Shown here piece by piece: positions 56,079-64,000 of a DNA stretch of 64,000 nucleotides; within the stretch, counting starts at the first letter, position 1; the number at the start of each line of letters is the position of its first letter. The translations under genes were made by a program, and so were the position numbers. Under the pieces are notes generated by a model. The model worked only from the letters and a program-made list of their open reading frames with translations, had not been told where the DNA came from and made no database searches. Source of the DNA: Rebecca billardiae RCC1528 (lineage: Eukaryota > Protista > Haptophyta); the NCBI GenBank assembly GCA_965240325.2, contig OZ251244.1:1302001-1366000 (forward strand). The letters run 5' to 3'.

Positions 56079-56875
56079 TTGCGCCGCCACGCCGGGCCGG
56101 GCGGGGTCGCTTCGGCCGGCCGTGAGGCGCGACGGCTGCTGCCGGTTCCGTTGGTCGCAGCCAGACGAAGCAGTTCTCAACGCGCAGCCGTCCGCATGTG
56201 TGTGTCGTCGTCACCGGCGGTCACTGATCGTCACTGCTGATCCCTCGTCGGTGCTGCAAATAGGGTAGAGGAGTCGGGGGGGGAGCATCAGGTAAAATTG
56301 TGTTGTGCGTCAGCTTTATTCAGGCCGACAGCCGCAGGCACTCGTCGGCGAGTACGCGCGACTGGCCCTCTCTGACGACGGAGCACCCGTCCGGTCTGCG
56401 ATGCTGCTTCACATAACCATGCGCCTAACTCCATCTGTCGCCAGGCGGCGGGGCGGTGCTCACGACTGCGCGTTGGTGTCGGTTGGCGAATGGCGGAGCG
56501 CAGGGCAGTAGTATATATAGAATTAGATAGCTATAATAGATACGTACGGCGAGTGCACCCCATACTGACGATACACTATACAGCGCGTACGTGCGGCGTC
56601 CTGCAGTGCAGTCGTCCGCCTGGATCGACCCCGCGCCGACAGCGAGATCGGACGCGGCGACGCAGCACTCCGCACAGTTCCTTGGCCCCGTTCTGCAGCG
56701 CCCGACCGGTCAGATATGGCTGCCGTCGAAACTTGTTACTGACCGTGCGCGGGTAGATGAGCGTGCAGCAGTAGCTACAATCAGCTCGTAGTAGTAGTGA
56801 CGATGATGATGCACGCATCAGTGCCGCCAGCGCATACGCTGACACGCACCACCACGCGCCGCGCGCCCGCGCGCG

Positions 56876-58429
56876 TCACTCCCGCCGGCGCGAACGCCGT
56901 CGCCGCGACCGGTGGTGCCGCGGCTCGCGCCGGGCCAAGATCGCCGCGACGGCCGCGAGCGCGTGGCCGCGGAGCGGCTCGCACGTGCGCGGCGGCCAGG
57001 AGACGTGCGCCTTGGCGCGCGCGCTCGCGCCGCCAAAGCACGTGTCCGCGAGCGCGCGTTCGCGCGCGCGCGCGCGATGCGCGCCCGGGTCGGGCATGGC
57101 GGCCAGGAGCATCGCGCGCACGGCGGGCACCAGCATCGACAGCACCGTCGCCAGGGCGATGGTGGCGGCGTGCGCCGCGCGGCCCGCGGCGCTCCGCGGC
57201 CGCGTCGCGCCGCGGCCCGTCGCCGTCCCGTTCGCGTCGCCGTCGGCGTCGTACTCGTCGAAGAGCACGAGCGGCGAGACGCGCGTCGCGTGCGGCGGCG
57301 CGACAGTCACCACGCGATGCGCCCCGCCCGCGCCGACCACGCCGACGCGCTCCGGCGGGCGGTGGCGCAGCCGCGCGAGCGCGCGCGCGTTGTCGTCGGC
57401 GAGCGCGGCGAGGCGCGCGCGGTCGCGCGCCGCGCGCTTTGCGTGCTGCGTGACGGTGGAGAAGGCGACGCGCGCGGAGGGGGCGACCTGCACGTACTGC
57501 GGCCAGACGACGTACGCGTCGTGGCCGGCCATCTGGTACAGCAGGTGGTCCGACCCCGTCTTGTTCGTCTCGAGCGGGATGGCGTCGCGCCGCAGCGCGG
57601 TGCAGCCGTCCGTCGCCGCGCACAGCGCGCGCGCCCAGCGGCGCGAGATGATGTACGCGGTCGTGCCCCAGAGCTCCTGCTTCGTGTGCGATGTGGAGAG
57701 CACGAAGACGGAGGTGTTGGCCACGCGCTCGCCCCAGTGCGTCAGCGGCCCGCCGCCCTCGCCCTCGCGCTCGATGGCGCCCACCGACGCCTCGTCGAAG
57801 TCGCGCTTCAGGATGCGCTTCACCGAGCACCGGCCGGAGAGCGTCTGCGCCGCGTGCTTGAGCTGGCCGGACCGGTCCCAGTGGTGCAGCGAGAGGGTGG
57901 TCCAGCGCGGCGGGAGCGCGGCGACGAGCTCGGCGAGGGAGTGGGGCCAGAGCGGCCAGAACGACAGGTCCGCGTCGTCCTCCAGCACCAGCGCCGCCTC
58001 GTGCCCGTCCTCGAGCAGCGCGCGCGCGGCGCGCATGTGCGAGAGCGCGCAGCCGAGCTCGCCCTTCGAGCGCCACGCAAAGCCCGAGTGCACGGCGGCG
58101 TCGTGCCAGAAGTCGTCGCCGCGCGCGGCGGGGACGCGCGTCATGGCGGCCGGATCGAGCCCCGCCCGCCGCGCGCCCTTGACGAAGCGCGCGCGCCGCG
58201 CCGTCGACTCGTCGAGGTTGATCCAGTACGCGGGCAGGTCGATGCCCGCCGAGCATGCGGGCGTGTGCGCGAGCGCGTGCGCGAGGTCGCGCGTGGCGGC
58301 GAAGGCCTCGTCGGCGTAGGCGTGCTGCCGCTCCATCTTCGCATGCATCGCCTCGCGCAGCAGCGCGGCGCGCCGCTCGCTGACGGCCGCCGCCGCGAGC
58401 ACCGCCGCCATCATCGCGCCGCACGCCAT
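56876..58429 (-). CDS. Glycosyltransferase family 25
   Basis: YWINLDESTARR, GELGCALSH, LVLEDDA and GTTAYIIS. The ORF is open upstream to 58543. Confidence 0.88.
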   Translation of the reverse strand: MACGAMMAAVLAAAAVSERRAALLREAMHAKMERQHAYADEAFAATRDLAHALAHTPACSAGIDLPAYWINLDESTARRARFVKGARRAGLDPAAMTRVPAARGDDFWHDAAVHSGFAWRSKGELGCALSHMRAARALLEDGHEAALVLEDDADLSFWPLWPHSLAELVAALPPRWTTLSLHHWDRSGQLKHAAQTLSGRCSVKRILKRDFDEASVGAIEREGEGGGPLTHWGERVANTSVFVLSTSHTKQELWGTTAYIISRRWARALCAATDGCTALRRDAIPLETNKTGSDHLLYQMAGHDAYVVWPQYVQVAPSARVAFSTVTQHAKRAARDRARLAALADDNARALARLRHRPPERVGVVGAGGAHRVVTVAPPHATRVSPLVLFDEYDADGDANGTATGRGATRPRSAAGRAAHAATIALATVLSMLVPAVRAMLLAAMPDPGAHRARARERALADTCFGGASARAKAHVSWPPRTCEPLRGHALAAVAAILARREPRHHRSRRRRSRRRE

Positions 58430-58647
58430 CGTGCCGTGCCCTTGCTGAGGAGTCCCGCGCCCAAACACCGGCGGCGCGAGCCCGCCCGCAGACTCGTCGC
58501 GGCCGGCCCTACAATATACAAAACCGGTACCCCCGCCCATCATAATAAGCGCTAGTTATTGGCCACGCCGAAGATTCCGCGCGCGAGTCCAGGCTGGACG
58601 AGCGTATGGTCCCCGAGCGCAGCCATCGTCACTGCTGACGATAGATC

Positions 58648-59567
58648 GGCCTGTTTTATTTCTACCAGATTCCATTTACTATGTCACGGCGACAAACCCG
58701 TGCCCGCCAGTGGGAATCGGTGTCACGCCCCGTTCAGTGTACCTCTCACGGCCGATGGCGGCCCCGGCGTGCGCGAGGAATGCGATTCCTGCACTCCTCG
58801 GTGACCGGTGAGTGCAGGAATCCAGTTGCGGCGCTCGTCCGCCTCGTCGTCGTCGCACACGAGGTACACTGAAGAGCACGGGTCAGAAGCCAGATCTCTC
58901 TGCGCGCTCGCGCCCGCGCGGCGAGGCACTGGCAGGCTTGTTCTGGCATCATCTTGGCCAAGACTGCAGCCTGCCAGATGCGCGAGGACGCGTGTGCACG
59001 CCTTTCCCGCGTCATGGGTGCGCGTGGCACGCACCCTGTCGTCATCTACGCCGAGGAGGCCTGAGCAACCAGCCCACCAACCTGCCGTGACCACGTTCAA
59101 ATGCAGGCGGCAAGCTGCATGCGAGCGCACGCAACGGAAGCATCTCACGCTCGACAAGGAAGTGGCGGCGGAGCGAGTGTAGCTGGTATCGTTTGCAGCC
59201 CATCGGTTGTTCAACAATCCTGGTTCAACAACTGACACGGGCGCGACGCAGCCAAGGCAGAGTGCTTGCAGCTCGCAGCGCGCCCGCAACTGCGGTTTGC
59301 CGCCGCGGCGCGGCGATCGTCACACCGCCGTGCGCTGCGAGTGACCTCTGTGTCATGGCGAAGCACCATGGCAAGGCTAAGCAGCATGCCTTGGCAACAC
59401 CTTTCGCTACAGCTCAGCGCCCTAGAATACGAACATGCGCCAACGACGTGCCATCCCTACTCCGCAATCGCGCCGGCACCCACCACCAGCGGGCAAGCCG
59501 CGCCGCCATTTTACCCGGTTTTGGCGACGAATGTCGCCGTTGGGCTCTCGTAGAAATAAAACAGGCC
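58648..59567. mobile_element. PIF/Harbinger(Tourist)-like element D with decayed transposase fragment
   Basis: 27-bp TIRs starting GGCCTGTTTTATTTCTAC (58648-58674 and 59541-59567, 3 mismatches). Inside, on the + strand, VIYAEEA* / VTTFK / DKEVAAERV resemble the DDE_Tnp_4 C-terminal pattern. No clean TSD. Confidence 0.65.
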
Positions 59568-59624
59568 TATCATATCGGACGACGACCGGACGAATCGACG
59601 ATGCGTCGGCCGCGGACAAAGTTA

Positions 59625-59628
<4 letters not shown>

Positions 59629-59709
<81 letters not shown>
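59629..59709. repeat. (TA)n microsatellite, about 40 units
   Basis: Direct reading of the sequence. Confidence 0.95.
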
Positions 59710-59712
<3 letters not shown>

Positions 59713-59805
59713 GCCGGCCGTAGTCCGCCTGCATTATACGGACGATGACGTGTACGTCGTACTACAGTAGCTAGTCGTGACTGACGCGCCGCGGCTCCGG
59801 CCACG

Positions 59806-64000
<4,195 letters not shown>

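Overview
A very GC-rich, intron-containing eukaryotic window. The GTGCGC...GCAG introns, interstitial TTAGGG tracts and YASNDGVRKH-type zinc fingers suggest a haptophyte, possibly Pavlovales; this is an inference. About 19 protein-coding genes are supportable: GT31 and GT25 glycosyltransferases, a head-to-head pair of paralogous C2H2 zinc-finger genes, two WSC-domain membrane proteins, four F-box-like/RCC1-repeat genes, a giant BPI-like/PqiA membrane protein, a GST, a cyclin E-like gene, a FAM221-Tudor fusion, a signal-peptide ATP-grasp protein, an MFS transporter, a patatin, a 5'-truncated TDY MAP kinase and two hypothetical proteins. Four non-autonomous TIR DNA elements were resolved by eye. 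Three have G...C ends and direct-repeat flanks compatible with 5-bp target-site duplications, and one is Harbinger-like. There is also a decayed Sola-like transposase. The strongest candidate for an undescribed system is the F-box-like/RCC1 family: three near-identical paralogs differ mostly at the same two loop positions in successive propeller blades, which looks like a diversifying substrate-recognition repertoire. Other highlights are a possible GAG...CTC, 5-bp-TSD transposon lineage and three canonical E2F sites upstream of the cyclin E-like gene. All alignments and family calls were made by eye; no database search was run.
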